Assembly (NCBI GenBank): GCA_963977445.1
Contig: CAXBPH010000003.1
Span: forward strand, 1-64,000
Reading direction: 5' to 3'
DNA length: 64,000 nucleotides
DNA from: an uncultured bacterium
GTDB taxonomy: Bacteria; Hydrogenedentota; Hydrogenedentia; Hydrogenedentales; JAEUWI01
Of the stretch, positions 21,069 to 31,550 are shown one piece after another. Under the pieces are notes generated by a model. The model made no database searches. It had not been told where the DNA came from and saw only the letters and a list, made by a program, of their open reading frames with translations. The position numbers and the translations under genes are program-made. How positions within the stretch are numbered: position 1 is the first letter of the stretch; the number at the start of each line of letters is the position of its first letter.

Positions 21069-24000
21069 ATGGCACCCTCTGCAAAAGAAGCTATTAAGAC
21101 CACATGTTCCTACTGTGGTGTGGGTTGCGGCATGGAGGTTACGCAGGATCACCTCGGACGGCTGAATCTCGAAGGCGATCCGTCCCACCCCGTCAGTCGC
21201 GGCATGCTCTGCACCAAAGGGCGCACCCTGCACCATGTTGTGCAGAATCAGCAGGACCGGTTGCTCCATCCCATGATGCGGCGTAGTCGCGCCCATCCGC
21301 TGGAACAGGTCAGCTGGGATGCTGCCCTGGAACGGGCCGCTGGTGTCTTTCGCTCTATCCTCAATCGTTTCGGGCCGGAATCGGTAGGGTTTTATGTGTC
21401 CGGACAGTGCCTTACGGAAGAATATTATATCGCCAACAAGCTGATGAAAGGGTTTATCGGCAGCAACAACATCGACACCAATTCACGACTCTGTATGAGT
21501 TCTGCCGTGGTCGGCTACAAGCTCTCACTGGGCGACGATGCCTGTCCCATCAGTTATGAAGACATCGAGCTGGGCTCCTGCTTCCTCATCGCCGGTGCCA
21601 ATCCGGCCTGGTGCCATCCCATTCTTTTTCGGCGCCTTGAACAACACAAGGAAGCCAATCCCGACACCAAAATCATTGTGGTGGACCCCCGGCGTACCCA
21701 GACCTGCGCCCAGGCGGATTTACATCTTCAAATTAAGCCCGGCACCGACGTGGTCGTATTCAATGCCATCGCCCGAGAACTCCACGAGCACGGCCATTGG
21801 GATGACGCCTTCATTCGGGATCACTGCAATGGTGTCGAATCGCTGATCGATGCCGCCTACGCCATGACCGTTGCCGAGGCCGCCGAAGTCTGTGCCGTCC
21901 CAGCCGACGACATCCGGGCGGCAGCGCGACTCATTGGGGAGAGCAACGCCTTTCAATCCTGGTGGGCCATGGGACTCAACCAATGCAGCAACGGCGTGGA
22001 CAAAAATATCGCCCTCCTCAACCTGTCTCTGGTAACGGGCCAAATCGGAAAACCCGGTGCAGGTCCCTTCTCCCTCACGGGACAACCCAATGCCATGGGC
22101 GGCCGGGAAGTGGGTGGGCTATCCAACCTACTGGCAGCCCACCGGGATCTGGCCGATCCGAAAGAGCGCGCCTTTGTGCAAAACCATTGGGATTCGGGCC
22201 CCATCGCCGCAAAGCCGGGCCTGACGGCGACGGAAATGTTTGCCGCGCTCGAGTCGGGCACCATGAAGGCCATTTGGGTCATCTGCACCAATCCGGCCGT
22301 TTCCATGCCCAACTTGAGTCAAATCGAGCGGGCCCTGAAGAAGGCGCGCTTCGTCGTGGTCCAGGATATTTCCTCCCTGTCGGACACCGTTGAATACGCG
22401 GATCTGGTGTTGCCTGCTGCGGGCTGGCTCGAAAAACAGGGGACCATGACCAATTCGGAGCGTCGGGTGACCCACCTGCCCAAGTTACTGACACCGCCGG
22501 GTGAGGCCTTGCCGGATGTCGATATCTTGTGTCGATTCGCAAAGAAAATGGGCTGGTCGAAGCAGTTCACCTATGGCAGCGAAAGCGACATCTTTGATGA
22601 GCACTGCGCCCTGACCCGGGGCACCAATATCGACATGAGCGGTATGTCCTATGACCGCCTTAAAGCCGCTGGCAGCCTGCAATGGCCTTGTCCGACTGCA
22701 GACCACCCTGGCACCCCACGCCTCTTCAGCGACAAACGTTTTTTCACACCGGACCAACGGGCCGCGCTCCACGGTATTCTCCACGAGCCACGGTCGGAGG
22801 CCTTGAGTGAGGCCTACCCGATTGTGCTGACTACCGGTCGTATTCGTGATCAGTGGCATACCATGACGCGCACGGGCAAGGTGGCCAAGCTGCGGCAGCA
22901 CCTGGACACGCCTTTCGTAGAAATTCATCCCGACGATGCGCAGGCCCAATCCATCGCGGAAGGGGACACGGTCACGATTTATAATGACCGCGGTGCCGTG
23001 CGTGCACGCGCCCATATTTCCGACGCCATCAAACAGGGCGTTGTCTTCCTGCCCATGCATTGGGGCAAGTCTCTCCAACGGGGCGCGGCCCGCGCCAATC
23101 TCGTGACGAGCACCCACGTGGATCCCAAATCGAAAGAGCCCGACTTCAAGTTTGCTGCGGTGGCTCTGAGCAAGGCACCGGCGACCCGACTGCAAATCCT
23201 GATTGTGGGTGGTGGCACGGCGGCCCTGGCCTTTGTGCAGGAATACCGAAAACTGAACAACGACGATGAGCTCATTGTCTTTGGGAAAGAGGGCCACGGA
23301 TTTTATAATCGCATACTTCTGCCCGACCTTATTGGCGGCGAGTGTACGTGGGATTCCATGCAGACCGCATCGGCGGAACGCCTCGCCCTGGATCGTATTC
23401 ATTTTCACCCCGGCGTGCGAATCGATTCCATCAACCGGGACAAGCGGCTTATTATCGACAACACCGGTGCGTCTCATCCCTACGACCGTCTGGTCCTGGC
23501 AACGGGCAGCAGCCCCAGTCTACCCCCAGAAGCCCCCCGCAAATTGGATGGGGTCTTCACGCTACGCACGAAGAGTGATGCCGATAAGGTAATGGACCAC
23601 GTCAAACCGGAACACCGGTGTATCGTTGTAGGGGGTGGGCTGCTCGGCCTCGAGCTGGTTGCAGCCCTTCGTCAGCGAGGTGCCTCCTGCCACCTCATCC
23701 ACCGTTCCTCCCAGTTGATGGGCCGCCAATTGGATGGCATGGCCGCGCAACTCCTCGCCGAAGAGCTCGCGGAACGTGGTATTACGTTGCACCTGAACGA
23801 ATCGATTGCCTCCGTACACGGTCAACGTCACGTAGAGGGATTGCGCACGCGCAACGGCCACTATCTGCCCTGCGACGCCTTATTTTTCGCCACGGGCACG
23901 ACACCCAATATAACCCTCGCCCGGCAGGCCAGTCTCCCCTGCGGCCACGGGGTGCATGTAGACGACACGATGGGCACGGTAGACCCCCATATATTTGCCA

Positions 24001-24590
24001 TCGGAGAAATCGCGGAACACCGGCATCGCTGTTACGGCACCACCCCTGCCGCACAAGAACAGGCCCGGGTCGCGGCTGCCCAGATTTCCGGCGATCCGTG
24101 GACGCATTACGAAGGCAATATCCCTTTCAATGTATTGAAATTGAGCGGCCTGGCCCTGTGCAGTATGGGCCAGATCGAAGTAAAACGCGAGGATGGAAAC
24201 TTTGAGGAGATTACCCTCCTCGACCGGGCAGAGCGGTATTACCAGAAGTGTATTGTCTATAAGAACCGTTTGGTGGGTGCCCTGCTATTTGGTGATATGA
24301 GTCAGATGGCCACCCTGAAAGATCTCATTGCAACGGGCATCGAGCTAGATGACCGACGGCGGGAATTGCTCCGCGCGGGAAGCGCGACGACCCAGGTGCC
24401 TTTACAGGGGGCCTTGGTGTGCAGTTGCAACCAGGTGGGCAGGGGCAATTTGGAAGGTGCCCTCGCATCGGGATGCAGCAGCGTCGAGGAACTCTGTAAT
24501 GCCACCGGAGCCGGACTTGGGTGTGGCAGCTGCAAACCGGAGGTGAGTGCCCTGTTTGAAGAACACAGCGCCGTAGTCACGGCAGGATAG
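21069..24590 (+). CDS. nasA: Assimilatory nitrate reductase (Mo-bisPGD) fused to FAD/NADH oxidoreductase and BFD [2Fe-2S] domains
   Basis: CSYCGVGC...C Fe4S4, NIDTNSRLCMSS, GQPNAMGGRE, TTGRIRDQWHTMTRTG; then GGGTAA/GGGLLGLE diaphorase and CSCN...CGSC. Confidence 0.92.
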   Translation: MAPSAKEAIKTTCSYCGVGCGMEVTQDHLGRLNLEGDPSHPVSRGMLCTKGRTLHHVVQNQQDRLLHPMMRRSRAHPLEQVSWDAALERAAGVFRSILNRFGPESVGFYVSGQCLTEEYYIANKLMKGFIGSNNIDTNSRLCMSSAVVGYKLSLGDDACPISYEDIELGSCFLIAGANPAWCHPILFRRLEQHKEANPDTKIIVVDPRRTQTCAQADLHLQIKPGTDVVVFNAIARELHEHGHWDDAFIRDHCNGVESLIDAAYAMTVAEAAEVCAVPADDIRAAARLIGESNAFQSWWAMGLNQCSNGVDKNIALLNLSLVTGQIGKPGAGPFSLTGQPNAMGGREVGGLSNLLAAHRDLADPKERAFVQNHWDSGPIAAKPGLTATEMFAALESGTMKAIWVICTNPAVSMPNLSQIERALKKARFVVVQDISSLSDTVEYADLVLPAAGWLEKQGTMTNSERRVTHLPKLLTPPGEALPDVDILCRFAKKMGWSKQFTYGSESDIFDEHCALTRGTNIDMSGMSYDRLKAAGSLQWPCPTADHPGTPRLFSDKRFFTPDQRAALHGILHEPRSEALSEAYPIVLTTGRIRDQWHTMTRTGKVAKLRQHLDTPFVEIHPDDAQAQSIAEGDTVTIYNDRGAVRARAHISDAIKQGVVFLPMHWGKSLQRGAARANLVTSTHVDPKSKEPDFKFAAVALSKAPATRLQILIVGGGTAALAFVQEYRKLNNDDELIVFGKEGHGFYNRILLPDLIGGECTWDSMQTASAERLALDRIHFHPGVRIDSINRDKRLIIDNTGASHPYDRLVLATGSSPSLPPEAPRKLDGVFTLRTKSDADKVMDHVKPEHRCIVVGGGLLGLELVAALRQRGASCHLIHRSSQLMGRQLDGMAAQLLAEELAERGITLHLNESIASVHGQRHVEGLRTRNGHYLPCDALFFATGTTPNITLARQASLPCGHGVHVDDTMGTVDPHIFAIGEIAEHRHRCYGTTPAAQEQARVAAAQISGDPWTHYEGNIPFNVLKLSGLALCSMGQIEVKREDGNFEEITLLDRAERYYQKCIVYKNRLVGALLFGDMSQMATLKDLIATGIELDDRRRELLRAGSATTQVPLQGALVCSCNQVGRGNLEGALASGCSSVEELCNATGAGLGCGSCKPEVSALFEEHSAVVTAG

Positions 24591-26041
24591 TGAAAATGGC
24601 CAAGCGAAATGCAAGCATGATTTATCAATCCCAAGGCGGTCGGATAAGTTTTGGGCTCCTTCGGGAACTGGCCGAGTGCGCCTTGGTTCATGGTGCAGGA
24701 ACCGTAGCGCTCGGAGGGCGACAGGAGATCATATTAAATGGGATAGTTCCCGATGCCCATCGACATGTGCGCCACATTATTGGTTCCCGTCTCGCCGAAC
24801 ACCAACCCCGACGGCCCAATATTGTTACCACCCGCGCCGTCTGCGCCCGCGCCCACCGCACGGGTTGGTTGAGTGAAGGAAGCTACGACACCGTTCTCGA
24901 AAAATTTCGTAGTGCCCCATTACTGGCCATTGATATTGTAGACCCCCAGCAAGACTATGTCCCGTTGTTTTGTGGTGATGTACATTTTCTGGCCACCCCG
25001 GAGCCCGACTTCTGGATGGTCTACCTGAACGAGGGTAACCAGCCCAATCGGGTTTCCATTTCCCGCCCCATTCACAGTGCGGATATTGCTGATGTTGTAT
25101 CGCTCATTCAGGAAATACACGTCGAACACAATGATTTTAACTTGCCCCTCTTGCAAACCCGACTCGAGGAGCGTTTTGGCGACCGGCTCAAAGCCCATGA
25201 CGTGGCCACGCCCCCCTTTCCCACGCAGACGCGACCGCTGGTTGGATTTGTGCTTGACCCGAAGAACGATACCTACTCGCTCGGTATCTCCGTGCAACTG
25301 CGTTCCCTCTCGAGCGCCTTCCTCGTCGACCTAAGCCTGCTCGCCGATCGATTTGGACTTGCGACTGCCCACATCAGCACCTGGAAAAGCCTCTTGCTCC
25401 ACGGCATTCCGCGGACGGAGCGTATCGCCTTTGAAAAGTTGCTCCTTCGCCATCGAATCGATCTCTTCCCCGGTGCGTGGAGCCAGGTGTGTGTCAACCA
25501 ATGGGCCCATAGCGCCCTGGCACCCTATGCCCGCAAGCTCATCGGTACGTTGAATGAAACAATACCCCACGTCGGCTCCCTGGGCATCTCTCTGGTAACG
25601 GCGGATAAACGTGCCTTTCCCGACACCCCCATAATCGTCCACGCCGAGCCCGCCCGAGGTGCCTTGTCATTTTTACGGCCACGCTATCGCTTTTCCCTCT
25701 TTGGGCGGGAGGACTTCGGACGGCACAGCCCGACACTCCTGTCCTATGGTCGCAACATCACGGCATCAGCCCTTGCCGAACAGGTCATCGCGTTGATCGA
25801 CCGGTACAGCGAGTCAGAAGGTGCCTACAGGAGTACAGCGGGTAACAGGAAGCGTCCAACGCGCACCCTCCATGCCCACCGTTGCGTATCCTGTGGCACC
25901 GAGTACAGCGAGCTTTATGGTGACCCCATAAGCAACGTGAGCGCGGGTACGCCCTTTATCGAATTACCCGACGCCTGGTGTTGCCCCACCTGTGAAGCCC
26001 CCCGGAGCGCCTTCGCCGCAAGCGTCCGGGAGGTCGCCTGA
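24590..26041 (+). CDS. Rubredoxin-domain protein with degenerate nitrite/sulfite-reductase ferredoxin-like half domains
   Basis: GGRIS...GGRQEI half-domain; C-terminal CVSCGTEY...LPDAWCCPTC; start overlaps the nitrate reductase stop. Confidence 0.75.
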   Translation: MKMAKRNASMIYQSQGGRISFGLLRELAECALVHGAGTVALGGRQEIILNGIVPDAHRHVRHIIGSRLAEHQPRRPNIVTTRAVCARAHRTGWLSEGSYDTVLEKFRSAPLLAIDIVDPQQDYVPLFCGDVHFLATPEPDFWMVYLNEGNQPNRVSISRPIHSADIADVVSLIQEIHVEHNDFNLPLLQTRLEERFGDRLKAHDVATPPFPTQTRPLVGFVLDPKNDTYSLGISVQLRSLSSAFLVDLSLLADRFGLATAHISTWKSLLLHGIPRTERIAFEKLLLRHRIDLFPGAWSQVCVNQWAHSALAPYARKLIGTLNETIPHVGSLGISLVTADKRAFPDTPIIVHAEPARGALSFLRPRYRFSLFGREDFGRHSPTLLSYGRNITASALAEQVIALIDRYSESEGAYRSTAGNRKRPTRTLHAHRCVSCGTEYSELYGDPISNVSAGTPFIELPDAWCCPTCEAPRSAFAASVREVA

Positions 26042-26150
26042 AAGGCCACGGAAACGGCACTCACGTTCACCAACAGAGGCCCATTGGGCTCGCAGGATAC
26101 ACGTGACATATCCTTGTGCCTTTATCTTATTCCTGGATTCTGATCGCCCC

Positions 26151-26588
26151 TCAGCGCATTCCCGGCTCAATGCTTGCTGCCGAGAAATCCTCCCCCGCAA
26201 TAGGGAATCCACTTAATCGACTCAGCATGGCGAGTTGTCCAACATGGGCAAGCATATCCGCTATTGGCCCCTGCAGGATGCGCCGGGCCCCATTTTCCGC
26301 AATATTCCGGTGGACCAATACATCGTCCAGCGCGGTTAACGTTTCCAAAAACCGTTCCACTTCCTGTGAAAATTCACACACCGTAGCGGTGTAGCCCTCG
26401 AAACGCTCTTCTTCGATATAGACTTGAGTGGCATGGGAGACTTCATACATATGGCGAACAATCTCACGGGGCGTTCTCGTACCCGAACCCGCAGAGAAAT
26501 CTCCAAAATCTACGCCGGAGTTCTGCAGCACATTCTGAAATCGATACACTATTGTGGCAACACTATGCCGCAGAAATTCATTGTTCAC
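26151..26588 (-). CDS. DinB-like four-helix bundle protein
   Basis: RTPREIVRHM and AHVGQL His motifs. Confidence 0.65.
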   Translation of the reverse strand: MNNEFLRHSVATIVYRFQNVLQNSGVDFGDFSAGSGTRTPREIVRHMYEVSHATQVYIEEERFEGYTATVCEFSQEVERFLETLTALDDVLVHRNIAENGARRILQGPIADMLAHVGQLAMLSRLSGFPIAGEDFSAASIEPGMR

Positions 26589-26633
26589 TACTTCTCCTTA
26601 CAACCTACACGCTGCCTATGCGAAAAGCCCGCC

Positions 26634-28088
26634 CTACTTCTTACTCGCCTCGAGCAAGGCACCCAGGGCATCGACTTTTTCTGGCATAGCAGACCAGAGA
26701 TTTGTCGTCTCGCCAATATCGTCAGTCAGATTATAGAGTTGAACGCGGGGCGCGTCGGGACCCGGCGCGCTTTTTCCATTACTACTCCAACCACCACTGC
26801 CGGCGCTATCAATAAATTTCCAGGGCCCTTGACGCACCGCAAAAACACCGTCAATCGAGTGGTGAATCGTGTAGTCCCGCAACGCATCCGCCCCAGCCTT
26901 ACCCTCCAACGCGGAGAGCATACTCACACTGTCCGGGCCCGCTCCGTCAGGCAGGGGCGCACCCACGATGTCGGCTACGGTGGCGAGTAAATCGGTGAGG
27001 GTGGTCACTTCCGTTGATGCGCTGCCCGCCTTAACATGATCGGGCCACCGCACGAAGAAGGGCACGTGGTGTCCCCCTTCCCACACATCGGATTTTCGCC
27101 CACGAAAGATATAGTTGGGCCGATGATTAAATTGTTTGACCATAGCACCCGTCGGCATGGTAGAGCCGTTGTCGCTCGTAACAATCACGAGGGTGTTTTC
27201 GGCCAGCCCGGCTTCGTCGAGGGCATCCAGCACCGCGCCTACCGTATAGTCCACTTGCGCCGTAAAGTCACCGTACTCGCCCGCCTCACTCCAACCCTTG
27301 ACGAAGGGAGCGGGTACTACCGGTGTGTGGGGCGCCGTCAGGGGAAAATAGAGGAAGAAGGGCTCTCCCGGGCTCATTTCTTTTCGTCCCGCAATGTAGG
27401 AGACCGCCTTTTCGGTGAGGGTAGGCAACACATCGACTGTTTCGAAGCCCTCGGCCGTGAGGCCCGACCGGAAGGTGGTGTCCTTCACCTCCGTAGGCAC
27501 CGCCGTGGCGCGATCATTCTCGATATAGACGTAGGGCGGCATGTCTAAGGATGCGGAGATTCCGTAGAAATAATCGAAGCCCAGATTACGGGGTCCATGG
27601 GTCAGGGGCTGATCGAAGGCCACCTTTTCTCCCGTAAGTTTCATCTCATCGCTCAGGGACGAGCCATCTTTGGTCTGCCACCCCAATCCCAGGTGCCATT
27701 TACCAATACAGGCCGTGGCATAGCCCTGCCCCTTCAAAAAACCGGCCACTGTAAGCTCACCCTGGTCGATAAGGGGCGGCGAATAGCCCCAGAGCACCCC
27801 CGACTTCAGCCGGGTCCGCCAGGCGTAACGCCCCGTCAACACACCATAGCGGGTAGGCGTGCAAACCGCCGACGGTGAATGGGCATCGGTGAAGGTCATC
27901 CCCGCTGCGGCCAGGCGATCCATATGGGGCGTGGGGATCTTGGACTCCGGATTCAGGCAACGGACATCGCCATAGCCGAGGTCATCCGCCAGGATATAAA
28001 CGATGTTGGGCCGTTCTGCCGCACCTGCGATGCATGTCAGGGCCAACGTGAGACTGAGTACTGTTGTTCGTATCGTGTTCATCATCAA
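26634..28088 (-). CDS. Arylsulfatase
   Basis: ILADDLGYGD, CTPTR formylglycine motif, GKWHLG, SDNG. Confidence 0.92.
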   Translation of the reverse strand: MMMNTIRTTVLSLTLALTCIAGAAERPNIVYILADDLGYGDVRCLNPESKIPTPHMDRLAAAGMTFTDAHSPSAVCTPTRYGVLTGRYAWRTRLKSGVLWGYSPPLIDQGELTVAGFLKGQGYATACIGKWHLGLGWQTKDGSSLSDEMKLTGEKVAFDQPLTHGPRNLGFDYFYGISASLDMPPYVYIENDRATAVPTEVKDTTFRSGLTAEGFETVDVLPTLTEKAVSYIAGRKEMSPGEPFFLYFPLTAPHTPVVPAPFVKGWSEAGEYGDFTAQVDYTVGAVLDALDEAGLAENTLVIVTSDNGSTMPTGAMVKQFNHRPNYIFRGRKSDVWEGGHHVPFFVRWPDHVKAGSASTEVTTLTDLLATVADIVGAPLPDGAGPDSVSMLSALEGKAGADALRDYTIHHSIDGVFAVRQGPWKFIDSAGSGGWSSNGKSAPGPDAPRVQLYNLTDDIGETTNLWSAMPEKVDALGALLEASKK

Positions 28089-28169
28089 ACTTTCCCAGGG
28101 TACAATGTTCCGCCATTAATCTGCGGTTCTTACCGACGACGGTGACCACGAGGCTCACGCATCGGCAGG

Positions 28170-29633
28170 TCACGCACCATCCTTTCCGAGCAGTCGCTTT
28201 TCCCAATAGGCCACATGTTCGGCGGGCGTCGACTCCAGGGTCAACCCTCGGGATTCCAAGGCTTTTTTGTGACGCCCCCGGGCCTCCTCCATCCAATAGT
28301 CGGTTATTTCCTTCGATTCGGGGATGGCCCCCATGTCGCCCGTGCTTTCGCTCCAACCCTGGAGGGTTTCGCGGAGGTTTTTCAGTATTTCGCTGTGCGC
28401 GGCATCCCCTGCGATATTGTTCACCTCCCAGGGGTCGGCGCTCAGGTCATAGAGCTCTTCTTCGGGACGTGTCGTCGCCATGAAGGGCTTTTGGGCTTCC
28501 GTGAGCTTGCCTTCGGCCTGCCATTGCTCCAGGACCGATACGGCGGGGTACTGCTTCTTCTTGTAGGCATTAAATTGAAGGTAGGGACGGTCGGGAAAAT
28601 AGTTTTTGATGTATTTGTACCGGTGGGTCCGCACACAGCGAATACGGTCCACGGTTTCATCACAGCGGTCCCGGGCACACACCACATACTCCCTGGGTGT
28701 GCCAGAGTCAATGGGCTGCCCCTGCAGATGCGATGGTGGCGAGATGCCCGCCCACGTCATCATGGTGGGTGCCAAATCGATGAGCGAAACCAGCGACTCC
28801 GAAACCGTACCCCCATCTTCCCCCTGGGGTTTCCGAACAATCAGTGGTACGCGGATGCCCCCTTCATAAAGCCACTGTTTGCCGCGAACCTGGGGACGGC
28901 CATGGTCGCCGTGATAGACCACGATGGTATTTTCCGCCAGCCCATCCTCTTCCAATCGCTTGAGAAGCACACCAATTTGTCCATCCAGCACTTGCAGCGA
29001 TTCGAGATAATCAGCCCAATCCCGGCGCAACAATGGCGTGTCTGGATAATAGGGCGGCAGGGTTACCGCATCGGAATCAATGGGTTGAGCAGGGTCCCGT
29101 TTGAAATCCCGGTGGGTCAGGGAAAAATTAAATTGGGCAAAGAAGGGCTGGCCCTCCTTGCGTTGCCGCCAGTCCGTTCCGTCGAAAGGTTGCTCTCTGG
29201 GTGAAAAGTTCCAGTCCGTTTTTCCTGGCTTTTCCGGATTTGTCCCATTGCCATTGCTCACAAAATAGCCCGCATCGCGAAAGTAGGACGTAATGACCGC
29301 TACGGGCTCGGGCAGGTGGTAATTGTCATCCCGGTGGCTGCGATGGTTCTGAACGCCAATGCTCGTCTGATACATGCCCGTCATCATGGCCGATCGGGCC
29401 GGTGAGCAAACGGGACAGGTGGCAAAGGCGTTGTCATAGCGAACGCCCTCCGCCGCAAGTGCATCAAGATGGGGCGTTTTTACGAGGGGATCGCCATAAC
29501 ATGCGATATCGGGCGAGGTATCTTCAGAGATTATCCAAAGAATATTGGGACGTGTCGCCGAGGCCGCGTGATGGCAATAGGCGTAGCCCAGTGCGGCCGT
29601 TCCTGCGGCGGCGAGGAAGGTTCTTCGTTTCAT
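28170..29633 (-). CDS. Tat-exported sulfatase
   Basis: KRRTFL; CSPARSAMMTG; GDHG. Confidence 0.9.
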   Translation of the reverse strand: MKRRTFLAAAGTAALGYAYCHHAASATRPNILWIISEDTSPDIACYGDPLVKTPHLDALAAEGVRYDNAFATCPVCSPARSAMMTGMYQTSIGVQNHRSHRDDNYHLPEPVAVITSYFRDAGYFVSNGNGTNPEKPGKTDWNFSPREQPFDGTDWRQRKEGQPFFAQFNFSLTHRDFKRDPAQPIDSDAVTLPPYYPDTPLLRRDWADYLESLQVLDGQIGVLLKRLEEDGLAENTIVVYHGDHGRPQVRGKQWLYEGGIRVPLIVRKPQGEDGGTVSESLVSLIDLAPTMMTWAGISPPSHLQGQPIDSGTPREYVVCARDRCDETVDRIRCVRTHRYKYIKNYFPDRPYLQFNAYKKKQYPAVSVLEQWQAEGKLTEAQKPFMATTRPEEELYDLSADPWEVNNIAGDAAHSEILKNLRETLQGWSESTGDMGAIPESKEITDYWMEEARGRHKKALESRGLTLESTPAEHVAYWEKRLLGKDGA

Positions 29634-29832
29634 GGATCGCTCCAAAATAAGCGTTGGTGGAAGGCTGTACTATAGCGATATACGGAAAGATCTACAAGAT
29701 CTCGGGGTATGTCCAGCGGTCCCCTCGGCAACCGTCTGCGTCGACGGCGGGTCGACCTGGACCTTGAAGACCACCGCCGTCCTCGTCAATACTCTATCCA
29801 GTTTCAATCACCACCAACACAAAGGACGCCAC

Positions 29833-31263
29833 ATGAACTGTCCAGCATTCCTTCGGGGCGCACTGGTCCTCTGCACGCTATTCGCCATGGCTGCCAATGC
29901 CGCAGACCAGCCCAATATCCTATTCCTCTTCGCTGATGACCAGACCTACGCGTCGATTCACGCGATGGGCAATGAGGAAATCCAGACGCCCAACCTGGAT
30001 CGCCTGGTGAAGGAAGGCACGACCTTTACCCATGCCTACAATCAGGGGGGATGGCACGGTGCCGTATGTGTGGCCAGCCGGACTATGTTGAATACGGGCC
30101 GATTTCTCTGGCACGCACGGGACCGGGAGGACCATCTCGCAGAAGAACAGGCCCAGCGCAATTTCTGGCCCCAACTCCTCCACGACGGGGGCTACGACAC
30201 CTATATGTCGGGGAAGTGGCATGTAAAGGGCATCGATCCCGTCAACGTCTTCGACCATGTCCGCCATGTCCGCGCGGGGATGCCTCGTGACAACTATGGC
30301 ACGACGAAACTCGGTTACAATCGTCCTCTGGAGCAGGAGGAAGACCTGTGGAAACCCTGGGACACCTCCCAGGGCGGTTATTGGGCCGGTGGCAAACATT
30401 GGAGTGAAGTTCTCGGCGACGATGGCGTAGACTTTCTCAATCAGGCGTCAAAAGAGGAAAAGCCCTTCTTCATGTATCTGGCCTTTAACGCCCCCCACGA
30501 TCCGAGGCAGTCGCCAAAGGAATATGTGGACCGGTATCCGCTGGAGGGTATCGCCGTTCCTGAGAATTTTATTCCCCGCCATCCCAACGATGTGGCCATG
30601 GGCTGTGGTCCCGGCTTGCGCGACGAAGACCTGGCACCCTTTCCACGCACCCCGCAGGCGGTCAAAGTCCATCGTCAGGAATACTACGCCATTATCACCC
30701 ACATGGACGCCCAGATTGGCCGCATTCTTGACGCGTTGACGCAGAGTGGAAAGGCGGACAACACCTACATCGTTTTTACCGCCGATCACGGACTGGCGGC
30801 CGGGAACCACGGCCTGCTGGGCAAGCAGAACATGTATGACCACAGTGTACGCGTACCCCTCACCCTGGTGGGTCCAGGCATCGCCGCCGACCAACGCATC
30901 AACACGCCCATCTACCTGCAGGACGTCATGCCCACAAGTCTCCAGTGGGCGGGTCTGAATATTCCCGAACAAGTGGAATTCAAGCCCCTCACTCCGCTCC
31001 TCAACGAGGGCCAGCAAAGCCATTATGACGCCATCTACGGGGCTTATATGGAACGTCAACGAATGGTGACGCAAGATGGATTCAAATTGATTTACTACCC
31101 GAAGAGCGACACAACCCTGCTCTTCGACCTCGTAAAGGACCCCCAGGAGATGAATAATCTGTCGGAAAACAGCGCCTATCAAGGGAAAAAGGAAACACTC
31201 TGGGCAGCCCTTGCAAAGGAACAGACACGGGTAGGTGATTCATTGAAGCTCGCGGCGAAGTAA
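29833..31263 (+). CDS. Sulfatase (choline-sulfatase-like)
   Basis: LFADDQ, CVASR, GKWH, PHDP, ADHG; ATG at 29833 has an AAGGA RBS and a signal peptide. Confidence 0.9.
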   Translation: MNCPAFLRGALVLCTLFAMAANAADQPNILFLFADDQTYASIHAMGNEEIQTPNLDRLVKEGTTFTHAYNQGGWHGAVCVASRTMLNTGRFLWHARDREDHLAEEQAQRNFWPQLLHDGGYDTYMSGKWHVKGIDPVNVFDHVRHVRAGMPRDNYGTTKLGYNRPLEQEEDLWKPWDTSQGGYWAGGKHWSEVLGDDGVDFLNQASKEEKPFFMYLAFNAPHDPRQSPKEYVDRYPLEGIAVPENFIPRHPNDVAMGCGPGLRDEDLAPFPRTPQAVKVHRQEYYAIITHMDAQIGRILDALTQSGKADNTYIVFTADHGLAAGNHGLLGKQNMYDHSVRVPLTLVGPGIAADQRINTPIYLQDVMPTSLQWAGLNIPEQVEFKPLTPLLNEGQQSHYDAIYGAYMERQRMVTQDGFKLIYYPKSDTTLLFDLVKDPQEMNNLSENSAYQGKKETLWAALAKEQTRVGDSLKLAAK

Positions 31264-31342
31264 GGTTTCAGCCCCGATCAATAGTCTGCACAGAGTTAAA
31301 AGCCAGAAATGCATCGGCGAAGTAATCGATGAGTTCAAAGGC

Positions 31343-31471
31343 CAACGTCTGGGTGGCACGGACAAGTCCGCAAGACTTGCCCGTGGGATAGCACCCACAT
31401 CGGTGTCTCCCTCGGACAACGTCGGGGTGGCACGGACAAGTCTGCAAGACTTGCCCGTGGGGTAGCACCCA
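31343..31471. repeat. Two tandem REP-like palindromic units (55 bp, 74-bp period)
   Basis: Near-identical copies at 31343-31397 and 31417-31471, each GTGG + cacggacaagtc-loop-gacttgcccgtg. Confidence 0.8.
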
Positions 31472-31550
31472 TGTCGAGGCCTCCATCTAGAAACAAAAAA
31501 TCGAGAGCGAACCAAGTCCGCTCCCGAATTTATTTCGCAGGCTTTAGTAC

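Noticed and set aside
31343..31471. Possible mini-CRISPR
   Set aside because: Only two 55-bp units with a 19-bp gap; REP-like structure; no cas genes
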